A stretch of 64,000 nucleotides of DNA from Eledone cirrhosa (lineage: Eukaryota). Below, one piece after another: positions 30,924-43,355 of the stretch (the stretch's first letter is position 1; the number at the start of each line of letters is the position of its first letter). Location: positions 23,188,001-23,252,000 of the forward strand of contig OZ024740.1 of assembly GCA_964016885.1 (NCBI GenBank). Direction: 5' to 3'. The position numbers were made by a program, and so were the translations under genes. Under the pieces are notes generated by a model, which saw only the letters and a program-made list of their open reading frames with translations, was not told the origin of the DNA and searched no databases.

Positions 30924-31074
30924 ATATAATTAAATATAATAAAGAGAGATAAACAGGGATATATACATATATGTGTTCAAATCATAAGGGACCCTAATGA
31001 ATCTGGTCCCTTATGATTTGAACACATATATGTATATATCCCTGTTTATCTCTCTTTATTATGTTTAATTATAT
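30924..31074. repeat. 70-bp near-perfect inverted repeat with 11-nt spacer
   Basis: Arms 30924-30993 and 31005-31074, one mismatch. Confidence 0.95.
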
Positions 31075-31269
31075 TACACAGCCCGGAAAATTTTTTTTCC
31101 TTGATCTATTTTAATTGTAAGAGACTACTTTGAGTTTCTAACTCAATATATACTCTTGATAAATTCGGCTCCTTGAATTTGTAGAGCGTTTTTAAATGTC
31201 GAGTAAATTGGCTGCTATTTTTAGTAGCATACGTTTTACGAGACACGCCAGGCATCTCGATTCTTCGAA

Positions 31270-31358
31270 AAATCTGAGGATCTTGCGATTTCAGAGTCAG
31301 GTTAGATCATTACATCGATCGTGCCTCGAGCTGGTCGCCAGAGAAACGATTGTAATAT
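31270..31358 (+). ncRNA. Hammerhead (family shared with the 55.1-55.35 kb copies)
   Basis: CTGAGGA (31274)-tcttgcga...tcgccaga-GAAA-CGATTG-TA-atat; stem I partly decayed. Confidence 0.7.
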
Positions 31359-31554
31359 GTCTAATACATTTTATTCGTCGCACCACACATTCTCCGCTTC
31401 TTATGTGATATTATACTCTGCTCTGTAAGAGCATCGAGTGCTCAAACGGCCTACCGCTTACGGACGCATATACATACATATATATAATTGGTGTGGGATG
31501 CTTAAAGCGTCCGTCTGCGGTAGGCCGTTTGGAATTTGTTGTATTTGAGGTAGT

Positions 31555-32490
31555 GGCGTTTGATGTTGTTGTTAGTAGAGGTGGTGGTGGTGTTGTTGTT
31601 GTTGTTGGTGGTGTTGTTGCTGTTGTTGGTGGTGTTGTTGTTGTTGGTGGTGGTGTTGTTGGTGGGGTTGTTGTTGGTGGGGTTGTTGTTGTTGGTGTTG
31701 TTGGTGGTGTTGGTATTGTTGTTGGTAGTGGTGGTAGGGTGTTGGTGGGGGTGTTGGTGGTGGTGTTATTGTTGTTGGTGGTGTTGTTGTTGTTGTTTTT
31801 GTTGTTGTTATTGTTGTTGTTGGTGGTGGTGGTGGTGGTGTTCGTGGTTGTGTTGGTGGTGTTGTTGGTTTTGGTGGTGGTGGTGGTGGTGGTGTTGGTG
31901 GTAGGGTTAGTGGTGGGGTTGGTGGTGTTGTTGTTGTTTATGTTGTTGGTGGTGGTGGTAGTGGTGGTAGTGATGGTAGTGGTGGTAGTGGTGTTAGTAG
32001 TGGTGTTGGTGGTGGTGGTGGTGGTGGTGGTGGTGGTGGTGTTGGTGGTGTTGTTGTTGGTGGTGGTAGTGGTGGTAGTGGTGGTGGTGGTGGTGGTGGT
32101 GTTAGTGGTGGTAGTGGTGTTGTTGGTGTTGGTGATGGTGGTAGTGGTGTTGTTGGTGTTGGTGATGGTGGTGTTGTTGGTGGTGGTGGTTATGGGTGTT
32201 GTGGTGGTCGTGGTGGTCGTGGTAGTGGTGGTGTGGTGGGGTTGGTGTTGTTGTTGTTGTTGGTGGTGGTGGTGACGGTGTTGGTGGTGCTTGTGGTGGT
32301 GGTGTTGGTGGTGCTGATGGTGGTGGTGGTGGTGTTGTTAGTGTTGTTGTTGGTGATGTTGTTGTTGTTGGTGGTGGTGGTGGTGGTGTTGGTGGTTGTG
32401 GTGGTGGTGGTGTTGGTGTTGGTGGTGTTGGTGGTGTTGGTGGTGGTGGTGGTGGTGGTGGCAGGGATGGTGGTGGTGTTGTTTCTTTTG

Positions 32491-32524
<34 letters not shown>

Positions 32525-33370
32525 TGTTGGTGGTGGTGGGTGCTCTGGTGTTGGTGATGGTGGTGGTGGTGTTGTTGGTGGTGGTGGTAGTGGTGGTGGT
32601 GGTTATGGGTGTTGTGGTGGTCGTGGTGGTCGTGGTAGTGGTGGTGTGGTGGGGTTGGTGTTGTTGTTGTTGTTGGTGGTGGTGGTGACGGTGTTGGTGG
32701 TGCTTGTGGTGGTGGTGTTGGTGGTGCTGATGGTGGTGGTGGTGGTGTTGTTAGTGTTGTTGTTGTTGGTGTTGTTGTTGTTGGTGGTGGTGGTGGTGGT
32801 GTTGGTGGTTGTGGTGGTGGTGGTGTTGGTGTTGGTGGTGTTGTTGGTGTTGATGGTGGTGGTGGTGGTGGTGGTGGTGGTGGTGGTGGTGGTGGTGGTG
32901 TTGGTGGTGTTGTTGTTGGTGGTGGTAGTGGTGGTAGTGGTGGTGGTGGTGGTGGTGGTGTTAGTGGTGGTAGTGGTGTTGTTGGTGTTGGTGATGGTGG
33001 TAGTGGTGTTGTTGGTGTTGGTGATGGTGGTGGTGGTGTTGTTGGTGGTGGTGGTAGTGGTGGTGGTGGTTATGGGTGTTGTGGTGGTCGTGGTGGTCGT
33101 GGTAGTGGTGGTGTGGTGGGGTTGGTGTTGTTGTTGTTGTTGGTGGTGGTGGTGACGGTGTTGGTGGTGCTTGTGGTGGTGGTGTTGGTGGTGCTGATGG
33201 TGGTGGTGGTGGTGTTGTTAGTGTTGTTGTTGGTGGTGTTGTTGTTGTTGGTGGTGGTGGTGGTGGTGTTGGTGGTTGTGGTGGTGGTGGTGTTGGTGTT
33301 GGTGGTGTTGGTGGTGTTGGTGGTGGTGGTGGTGGTGGTGGCAGGGATGGTGGTGGTGTTGTTTCTTTTG

Positions 33371-33404
<34 letters not shown>

Positions 33405-33500
33405 TGTTGGTGGTGGTGGGTGCTATGGTGGTGGTGATGGTGGTGGTGGTTGTGTTGGTGGTGTTGGGGGAGATGGTGGTGGTGGTGGTCGTGGTGGTGG
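31555..33500. repeat. (GGT/GTT)n array with about 410-470-bp segmental repeats
   Basis: Directly visible; identical ORF starts at 32233, 32646, 33113. Confidence 0.92.
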
Positions 33501-33757
33501 TAACAGTTGTACCGTCGCCTTAAATCAATTTTCAGACTCCAAATCACAGTTCGACGAAAACATCGATGGAATTCTTTTCATCTTTGTCTGATCCTTTACA
33601 TACCTCTTTAAGCCCCCACCACGTCCCTCCCTTTCTCCTGCCCCACCACACCCCTCCTCATTTTCCCCACCACCTCACCTACTCGCAAACGTTGCTCCTT
33701 GCCATCAAAGATAGTCCCTTACCACCTCACCTACAGCCATGTCTAGAATAGTCCTAT

Positions 33758-33861
<104 letters not shown>

Positions 33862-34056
33862 ATATATCTATCTATCTCTCCCGCTCTCTATCTATCTCTC
33901 TCGCTCTCTATCCGTCTCCCCCCTCTCGCTCTCCCCCTTTCTCTCTGTCTCTCCCTTTCCCGTCGTTTACACATATAACAACCTAACCACCATCACTTGG
34001 AAGTACCATTCACACATACATGTGCGTGTGTATATATACCTATATATATATATGTA

Positions 34057-34153
<97 letters not shown>

Positions 34154-34239
34154 ATATACATATGTTTGTATGTGTGTGTGTGTGTACAGACACATAATGG
34201 ACTATGATTGTTGTGATTGATTACATTCCGCAACGTCAA

Positions 34240-34545
34240 CCCTCTCCACTACCACTACCACCACCACTACCATCATCAACACCACTACCACCACCATCAC
34301 CACCCCACCACTACCACTACCACCACTACCACCATCAACACCCCCACCACTACCACCACCATCACCACCACCACAACTACCACCACCATCACCACTACCA
34401 CAACCACCACCGCCACCACTACCACTACTACCACCATCAACACCACCAGCACTACGACCACCATCACCACTACCACTACCAACACCATGACTACTACCAC
34501 CACCTCCACCAGCACCACTACCACAACTACCACCATCACCACACA
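34240..34545. repeat. (ACC/ACT)n repeat
   Basis: Directly visible. Confidence 0.9.
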
Positions 34546-35012
34546 CGCCACTATAACGGAGGATCAAAGTAGTGCTGTAGTAGAATTCAATGATGATACA
34601 GTGGTGCTGAAACGATATTGCAGTGGCATCCTAGTGGTATTGCTGTGGTATTCTAGTGGTGTTCTAGTGGCATCACAGTGGTATTGTAGTGGTATTCTAG
34701 TGGCATCACAGTGATATTCTAGTTGTATTACAGTGGTATTACGCAAGCCTCCTAGTATTATTCTAGTGGTATTTCAGCGACGCCCCTAGTGGTATTGCAG
34801 TAGTTTCTAGTGGTGTTCTGGTGGTGTCGTAGTGGGTAAGGGGAAGGAAAATGAGCCTTCGTTGGCCTCGACGATCACTATTTCACTTGTTCGATCAACA
34901 GAATGGCCAGCTTAAGAAATTCACATGATAGTACCTGAGCCTTAAACACGTGTATCCATAACGATGTTTTCAGGGAGAATCGTCGGGACACTTTGAATTT
35001 CAGCTACACTCC

Positions 35013-35230
35013 TTTGGACAGACTCCCAAACAGTTCTCGTGGGTTTCACAGGTTCCCAGACATTTCTCGTGGGTTTGACAGGTTCCCAGATAATTCTCGT
35101 GGGTTTGACATGTTCCCAAACAGTTATCGTGGGTTTGATAGGTTCCCAGACTGTACTCATGGGTTTGACAGGTTCCCAAACAGTTCTCGTGGGTTTGACA
35201 GGTTCCCAGACAGTTTTCGTGGGTTGACCA
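35013..35230. repeat. 30-bp minisatellite (ttctcgtgggtttgacaggttcccagacag), about 7 copies
   Basis: Directly visible. Confidence 0.92.
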
Positions 35231-35393
35231 GTGGCTATACTAAATGACACATACCCAATATATCACTCTTTGAGATCCAAAAACGGATATTATGATTGCA
35301 AAGTGAATTTCTTAACCATTAGTCCATTGTGAGTCCTGTCCGCCGGGGACCGTGTGGCAGTCTGTACGTGGGCTCCCATTTCCATATAATAGT

Positions 35394-35574
35394 GTTTCTA
35401 CTTTTGGCACAAGGCCAGCGATTACACCAGTGCATCACTGGTACTTTATTTTATCGACCTCGTAAGGATGAAAGGCAAAGTTAACCTCAGCGGATTTGAA
35501 CTCAGAACGCAAAGGGTCATAACTATGCTACAAAGCATGGTGTCTGATGCTCTACCGATACTGCCAAACCAGCT
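35394..35574 (-). mobile_element. SINE family A with 19-bp TSD
   Basis: TSD ccatttccatataatagtg at 35376-94 and 35575-93. Confidence 0.92.
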
Positions 35575-35653
35575 CCATTTCCATATAATAGTGAGAGGTA
35601 GATAGATAGATAGATGGATAGAGAGAGATAGAGAGATAGAGAGATAGAGATAG

Positions 35654-35696
<43 letters not shown>

Positions 35697-35879
35697 CGGA
35701 GGAAGTGAATGAAAGAGAGGGAACACACACATGTACTTGTCATATCTTTTGTCATGTTCAATAGGGAGAAATACATAGATATAGCTATATACATACGAGA
35801 CACAATCACATACGTATGTGTGCACATTAATCCGTATGGTGAGCAAATGGAGTACCACGTGCTGGCCTCCCCACCACCC

Positions 35880-36046
35880 CGGAAGGATGGAGAAGGCGTC
35901 TCCTCGGAGGATGGTAAGGGATATGTGCTGGAAGAGCCATTTCAACTCGCGAGGCTCACACCTGCGGCTGCCCAGCTCAGCGCCTATGGTGGGGAATAGG
36001 GAGGTAGCCCTAGTGCCAAGGATACCAGAAGTCTCCACCGGTACCA
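35880..36046 (-). mobile_element. 3' fragment of a CRE-like non-LTR retrotransposon (REL-domain C-terminus)
   Basis: VPVETSGILG...EPRELKWLFQHISLTILRGDAFSIL resembles the VETxGxxG...RExxxLxQRxSxxxQRGNA terminal motif. Confidence 0.7.
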
Positions 36047-36051
36047 AGCAA

Positions 36052-36087
<36 letters not shown>

Positions 36088-36189
36088 ACACATACACACG
36101 CATTTGGTCTTTTGAAGAAACAGATCAGCAAACTATTTTTTCAGTATGTGACATTGAAGACTTTCATATTCACGATAGAGAGAACAATG

Positions 36190-36385
36190 AGGGGCCTCGA
36201 AGTGATCACATGAGATGCTAGTAATAGCAACCAAGTTTCCTCAAACCACACCCTACCGTAAAAAAACAAAGAAAGGACTCATTAGATTAATATTATTAAG
36301 ACAATAGCAAGATAGCCACCGTTGTAATGTATTTGATCATATATCTGTTCGATCAGATCTAAGCTGGAACTGAACTACAATATCA
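36190..36385 (+). mobile_element. Old SINE-like body/tail (family C); weaker relative at about 40660-40850
   Basis: tcacatgagatgctag...ctcaaaccacaccctaccgt...ttgatcat...gatcag; loosely colinear with 40660-40850. Confidence 0.45.
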
Positions 36386-36822
36386 ATAGAAATTATTGAT
36401 CACAGAACTTTAATGGGTGGGACAGGTGCAGCTGTTTATTTATTCCCAGGATGAAACAAACCAATCAGTGCAATAATAGAATGCATTCAAGCCGTGACCA
36501 TTTTGTTTTTTTTCTCATATACAGCTTTAATTTTCTAAGGCCCCTATGGTGCAAATTAAAAGATTCGACTGCTATTACTATGATATTGAGTTACCACATA
36601 GAGGTTCTCTGTATTGGCTCGAAAAGGATAGAGTTCAGTAAAGTGGTGCTATGAGATAAGAAATAAACGTATGTAAATTAAACGCCATCTCTGTAAATTA
36701 AACTCCATCTCAACGGCCTGTTACCCTGAAAATCTGTCTTTCGTTTGTAATTTTATTTTCAAAAAGTAATTTTTTAAAGTTTCCTCGTAAAAAATTGGTT
36801 TTCGCTTTGCCTTCATATTTGT

Positions 36823-36860
<38 letters not shown>

Positions 36861-36864
<4 letters not shown>

Positions 36865-37479
36865 CTGAGTTTTTCGAATATTAATACTAACATTCGATTC
36901 GTTTGCAATTATGCAAACAAGCCTCAATTTTATAGCCATGTCAGTAGAATGAACCCTTCATTCTTGCTCTTGTGTTGGCATAATTGCAAACGAATTGAAT
37001 GTTATTATTAATATTCGAAAAACTCAGATTACATTTAGTGTATTCAGCCATCTAGAGCGAACATTTTTTATTTTATTTGAATTTGGCAAAGACGACCATT
37101 TATCACTCGTATACAGGAAACTGACTGGCCAGTCTGCTGATATGCAAATCTGGCTGATCAGTGGATCTGCTAATGTGCAGATGTGACAGATCAGCCAGAC
37201 TGCTAATATGCAAATCAGGCCGATCAGTCACTGTGTATTTTTGAAAATAGCATATATTTTCACTAGCTCTGACAGTTTGGCAGGTGAACTGTGAGCTGTA
37301 CTGATGAAAGGTAATACCCAGAAACATTAGTGTCTGCAGTTCTGTTCACATGCCAACACAAGTGCAAGAATGAAGGGTTCCTTCTACTGTTTGCATAATT
37401 GCAAACGAATCGAATGTTACTATTAATATTCGAAAAACAGATTAAATTTATTGTATTCAGCCATGTAGAGCGAACATTT

Positions 37480-37482
<3 letters not shown>
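36861..37482 (+). mobile_element. Non-coding HHR element family R2 (about 415-bp terminally redundant unit, inverted 5' piece)
   Basis: gcataattgcaaacgaat...tattcagccat-tagagcgaacatttt at about 36978-37068 and 37393-37480; 36861-36980 inverted; embedded in (TA)n. Confidence 0.8.
37293..37342 (+). ncRNA. Type I hammerhead (R2)
   Basis: gagctgta-CTGATGA-aaggtaataccca-GAAA-CATTAGTG-TC-tgcagttc. Confidence 0.85.
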
Positions 37483-37563
<81 letters not shown>

Positions 37564-37792
37564 GTGTGTGTGTGTTTGTGTGTGTGATTGTGTGTTTATG
37601 TTTGTGTCAGTCTGTGCTTATGACCCATAATACAAAAGGTTCGGCCAAAAAGAGATCGGTAACATAAGTATCTCAAAGAAAAAAAAAACTAGTTCTGGGG
37701 TCGATACCATCAACTAAACCAAGGAGGTGTTCAGCGTAGTTGTAGCAGCTGACTGAAACAAGATATACAGTCAACGAATTATATATATATAT

Positions 37793-38557
37793 TGATTGGG
37801 AGAGGAAATACTGTATATATTTTATCTAATGATTCTTTGGACTTACATTTTTATATATAGCTCTTATTAATAATTATTTAATTAATTATTCACTGAGCCA
37901 CACCATGAATGGTTGCCACACTCATATATGTATCTGTGACTTTGTCTACTTTTATATATATACCCTTTGAATTTAATATATACTCCCGTAAGGTTGAGTA
38001 AAACTTTAGGCAGTATTCGGCTGCGCTTTCTAGCAACCAGCCTACTCGCCGACAAGCACCAATCACAAACTTTCTGCCTTGACCACTGGCCACGTGATGG
38101 TTCTTAGCCATTTTGAATTCATTTCTGGCGGGGATCATGGTAGAAGAATCTTAGTCCAGTCTGGGGTATCTCCTGATGAGTTCCGAGCCTCGTGGATTTA
38201 TCCAAGACCGGGTATATCCAAAAAGTGGAACGAAACCACCGGTTGGTAGAGACTAGGAGAATTTCGGTAAAATTTTAAGTGGATTCTTTCTTCAAACTTC
38301 TATTTTGTAGCTAATTCCGTGTAGTTAACTATTTGTCTGGTCAATTTCTACAGGCTAGAAGAAATAATTAGATAAGTATCATATGGCTGTACATCGCGGA
38401 AAAGAATCTGTATTATTTGTCTATTATTTCTTCATAAGTACATTGTAAACTTATAGCCTCGTTTAAATGATTTTTATGAGGTTAATTTATACTGATTGGG
38501 AGAGGAAATACTGTATATATTTTATCTAATGATACTTTGGACATACATTTTTATATA
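37793..38557 (+). mobile_element. Non-coding 700-bp unit with about 65-bp terminal direct repeat and central HHR (R3)
   Basis: tgattgggagaggaaatactg at 37793 and 38493; flanked by (TA)n. Confidence 0.8.
38169..38252 (+). ncRNA. Intact canonical type I hammerhead
   Basis: tctc-CTGATGA-gttcc...ggaac-GAAA-CCA ccggt TGG-TA-gaga. Confidence 0.92.
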
Positions 38558-38780
38558 GATATATATATATATATTTGTTTTGCAAGGTTTTTGATATATT
38601 CTCTCTATTTATTTATATCTCTCTTTTTAACCGTTAGTCAATCAATGAGAAACATTGATTACCAGATAAATTATCGATGGAGATATAAAATATACAGAAG
38701 TGAAAACCAATCCAAACCAAACTGTGTTTTATTATTATTTCTTGCAATGTATAACAATATGACCCTCCTCAAATATAACA

Positions 38781-38853
<73 letters not shown>

Positions 38854-38854
38854 T

Positions 38855-39290
38855 AATCTGAGATTTTCGAATATTAATTATAATATTCGATTCGTTTGCA
38901 ATTATGCAAACAAGCCTCATTTTTGATACCATGTCAGTAGAATGAACACCTTGTGTTGGCATGTAAACAGAACTGCAGAGACTAATGTTTCTGGGTGTTA
39001 CTCTTCATCAGTACAGTTCACTGTTCACCTGCCAACTGTCAGATATATGCTATTTTGTAAAATATACAGTCACTGATCGGCCTGATTTGCATATTAACAG
39101 AATGGCTGATCAGTCAGATCTGCATATTAGCAGATCCACTGATCACCAGACTGGCCATTCAGCGATAAATGGCCGGCTTTGCCATATTAAAAAAATAAAA
39201 TAATCATAATTTCGCTCTACATGGCTGAATACAATAAATGTAATCGGAGTATTTCGAATATTATTAATAATTCAGCCACGCAGAGCGAAT
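38855..39290 (-). mobile_element. Family R2 element (about 386-bp unit)
   Basis: Reverse-complement homologue of 36861-37482; taatc-gag--tttcgaatatta at 38855 and 39241. Confidence 0.8.
38970..39019 (-). ncRNA. Type I hammerhead (R2), stem III point mutation
   Basis: gaactgta-CTGATGA-agagtaacaccca-GAAA-CATTAGTC-TC-tgcagttc. Confidence 0.75.
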
Positions 39291-39292
39291 TT

Positions 39293-39323
<31 letters not shown>

Positions 39324-39350
39324 TATATATATAGAGAGAGAGAGAAAGCA

Positions 39351-39386
<36 letters not shown>

Positions 39387-39603
39387 AGCAAATAATACAC
39401 GCTGCCCAGAGTAGCGCGAAATCACGTGTTATTTGCATCAAATAACGGCTCTCATGGATTGGGGAAAATGCTAGAAAGTCCAGCCCAACCATTCGAATTT
39501 ATTAGCTCAACTATTTGGAGCTCGTTAAGTATACTCTGGGCAGCGTGTATTATTTGCTTTCTCTCTATCCATGAGGTTAGATGTATCGTGAACAGAATCC
39601 ACA

Positions 39604-39679
39604 CTTACTGACTGAGGAACCTGTGTGCTGTTGCACTACACATTTCTGTGGCGAAACGAAATAGATTCGTATCAGCAAG
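39604..39679 (+). ncRNA. Type I hammerhead
   Basis: cttactga-CTGAGGA-acc tgtgt..acaca..ggc-GAAA-CGAA ataga TTCG-TA-tcagcaag. Confidence 0.85.
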
Positions 39680-39980
39680 CTTATAGTTATAAGGTTGGTA
39701 AGTTAAAACTCTACTTCAGAGATTTGATTCTGACGTAGTTTTTTTCTATTTAATTGCTAACCTATAGATATTGTTCTCCATACAGTAACGGTTAAACTCA
39801 CATGTAATAATTCTTTACACACATCTCACTGTGTAACACACTTCTCTCTGTGTAATTTGTATTTGAGCTCAGATGAAAATTCTCTATTCTTCTTTGAGTT
39901 AATATTATTATATTATTATTACTGTGAATTGCGGAATACTCTTAATTCCGATCCTTGTATACTATATATATATATATATA

Positions 39981-40071
<91 letters not shown>

Positions 40072-40362
40072 CTTTGGTTCAGACTCATTCAGACGTTTGA
40101 GTGAAACGAAAGAAATGTGGCGTGATTCGTAAGACCCTGTTTGTAAATGACATTTCGTTTTTCGACGTCTTATCTAGTTTTCAATGGATGTTCAATGGAA
40201 GAAACCGATGCGCAAATGTTCGCCTTTGTCTATATACCAAATCTTATTATAGGTAGGCTTACCTGGATTATTAAGATAGGGGGCATACATATGTATTGTG
40301 GGTATTATATTTTGGAGAGAAAAAGAGAGAGGATGAATTAGAAAGAGTGGGAGAAAGAAAGA

Positions 40363-40403
<41 letters not shown>

Positions 40404-40457
40404 ATAGGTTGAAAGAAGGAGGAAGAGAAAAAGAGAGAAAGACAGAGAGAATGAGAC

Positions 40458-40644
40458 AATAATTGTTTGTACTTTTGGCACAAGACCAGTAATTACCCAG
40501 TACTTGACTGGTACTTTATTTTATCGACCCCGTAAGGATGAAAGGCAAAGTTAACCTCGGCGGGATTTTAACTCTGTCCGTAAAGGGACGTAACTGTGCT
40601 GCAAAGTATGGCGTCCGACCCTCTACCGATACTGCAAATCCACC
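40458..40644 (-). mobile_element. SINE family A copy
   Basis: Reverse-complement match to 6717-6908. Confidence 0.9.
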
Positions 40645-40935
40645 AAATAATGGAACCGATATCTGGTCACACAACTTCGAAGAAATATCAGACATAATAC
40701 ACTTAAATCACATCTCACTGCTTTCAAAAATGGGAAATACATCCTGGATAATGTAAACACCATTATATATATTTTGTCTCACCTCTCCCGTGATGGTCAA
40801 AGCAAGGAGGTTCTTTAATGTGCTAGAGATTGGTCAACCTAGGGGCTTTTACTCTAAGGCGATCGAAGGAAACTATCTATGATTACAATACTGATAAAAT
40901 ATGACGTGTGCAACAGTTTGCAAATACCTTCCGTT

Positions 40936-41032
40936 CCTCCTTCAACCTGGAGTTGCGACCGATAGATAGTATTAGCAATTGGAAAGAGCATTTTACCATT
41001 GTCTCCTTGCCCCGATTTGACGAAAGTCGATC
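40936..41032 (+). mobile_element. 3' half of SINE family B
   Basis: ctccttcaacctggagttgcgaccga...ccgatttgacgaaagtcgatc matches 47015-47112. Confidence 0.8.
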
Positions 41033-41258
41033 AACTTTCGATATATATATATAAAATAATATATGTAGTAATAAACACAGTAAATTGGGTGTTTAAAATT
41101 ACGAGGGTTGAGATACAACGTTGGTTAATTAGAGGGTATTAATATGGATTTTTAACCCTGCCTTTTATTTGTGTATATATATATATATACATATGCACGT
41201 GTTTCCAAGCAGATCTATATATATATATATATAAATAGATCTGCTTGGAAACACGTGC

Positions 41259-41392
<134 letters not shown>

Positions 41393-41609
41393 ATATCTAT
41401 ATATATATATTTATATTTATATGTGTGTGTATGTGTGTGTGCTTGTGTGTGCTTGTGTGTGAGTATGTGTGCTTGTGTGTGTGTATGTGTGTGTGTGTGT
41501 GAGTGCTCATATAGGGCGATGGCAGCTGTGAGAAAGAAATGTGAATATGAAGATGAGAAGAAATGATATGAACATTACAGCAGGGAATATATGTTGAGAA
41601 AGTACGACA

Positions 41610-42335
41610 CAGATAACATAACAATAACAACAACAACAATAATAACAAGTTGAACAACAACAATAACAAAAACAATAACAAGAACAACAATAACAACAAC
41701 AATAATAACAAGTTGAACAACAACAATAACAACAACAATAATAACAACAACTATGACAAACAGAAGAACAACAATAACACAGAAGCAAACATCAATATCC
41801 AGCAACAAAAAGCGAGTAAAACATCAACAACAACAACATCAATAATAAAAACAATGACAGTAACAATAACAACAAGACCAAACCAACAACTCCAACAACA
41901 ACAACAGCAACAGCAACAGCAACAGCAACAGTAACAGTAACAGCATCAACAACAACAACAGTAACAGTAACAACAACAACAACAACAGCAACAGTAACAA
42001 CAACAACAGCAACAGCAACAACAAAAACAGTAACAGTAACAACAACAACAGCAACAGCAACAGTAACAACAACAGTAACAGTAACAACAACAACAGCAAC
42101 AACAACAGTAACAACAGTAACAACAGCAACAGTAACAACAACAGCAACAGTAACACCAACAACAACAGCAACAGTAACAACAACAGCAACAGTAACAACA
42201 ACAGCAACAACAACAGCAACAACAACAGCAACAGTAACAACAACAGCAACAGTGACAACAATAACAGTAACAACAACAACAACAACAACAGCAACAGTGA
42301 AAACAACAACAGTAATAACAACAACATAACAGCAA
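41610..42335. repeat. (AAC/AGC/AGT)n trinucleotide array
   Basis: Directly visible. Confidence 0.92.
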
Positions 42336-42419
42336 TAGAAATATGGTAAAAACAAAAGGGAAAAACTAAAATATATTAAACTTAAAAAGGAAAACAGTTA
42401 TTATATTCGTACACACACA

Positions 42420-42468
<49 letters not shown>

Positions 42469-42555
42469 GTATAACTGAAAGGGCCTGAAAAACAACGACA
42501 TAAACGTCAATCAGAAAACTCCTAAAACATAATTCCCAACAACATGAACGAACGA

Positions 42556-42586
<31 letters not shown>

Positions 42587-42602
42587 TATATATATATATA
42601 TA

Positions 42603-42709
<107 letters not shown>

Positions 42710-42928
42710 TATATATATATAAAGCAGGAAATGTGGTAAGGAACCAGATGGACCATAACACACCGAAGTACTTAATACTTAGGGTAGTAGAGTGGGTAAT
42801 AGGAACGAGTAGGACCCCGACGGCTGAGCTCAAGCCGTTTCGACGCCTAATTCTGGACTAAATTTAGTCCATAATTAGCCGTCGAAACGGCAATATATAT
42901 ATATATATATATAGAGATATATATATAT

Positions 42929-42967
<39 letters not shown>

Positions 42968-43281
42968 AGCAAATTATAAATGTAAACATGTAAGTATGTT
43001 TTTGAAACGGTGCGCGAGTTTGAAATTAGAAATAAGAAATTATAAGCTTTCACAGTATTTTAGACTAAAGAAATTTCTAGCCTGATAGTGGGGTTTATAA
43101 CCCTCGGAGAAATGGAAAAAGATGAGTGTTGCCGTACATGGGAGTCGAACCCACATAGGGTAAACATTGATGCAATTCAATTGAAGCACTCAACGTACTT
43201 TTTCCACATAGGAGTGACGGAGTAAATATCGAATAAGGAAAAGCGAAGTAGTTTCAGATGTTCAAGTCCTTTAATAATAAT

Positions 43282-43355
43282 GCTGTGATATATATTTCAA
43301 TGATGACACTGGCCACACTATTCTGTGTGCGAGTGTCGTGACATCATCAGACAGC
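43282..43355 (-). ncRNA. Hammerhead (inverted copy of 45215-45288)
   Basis: Reverse complement of 45215-45288. Confidence 0.75.

Noticed and set aside
33536-33591. Possible short terminal exon (SKSQFDENIDGILFIFV*)
   Set aside because: Too short; acceptor is the only evidence.
43128-43160. Minus-strand tRNA-like T-arm (gtgggttcgactccc...acggca)
   Set aside because: No matching 5' half or A-box in register; too short to call.
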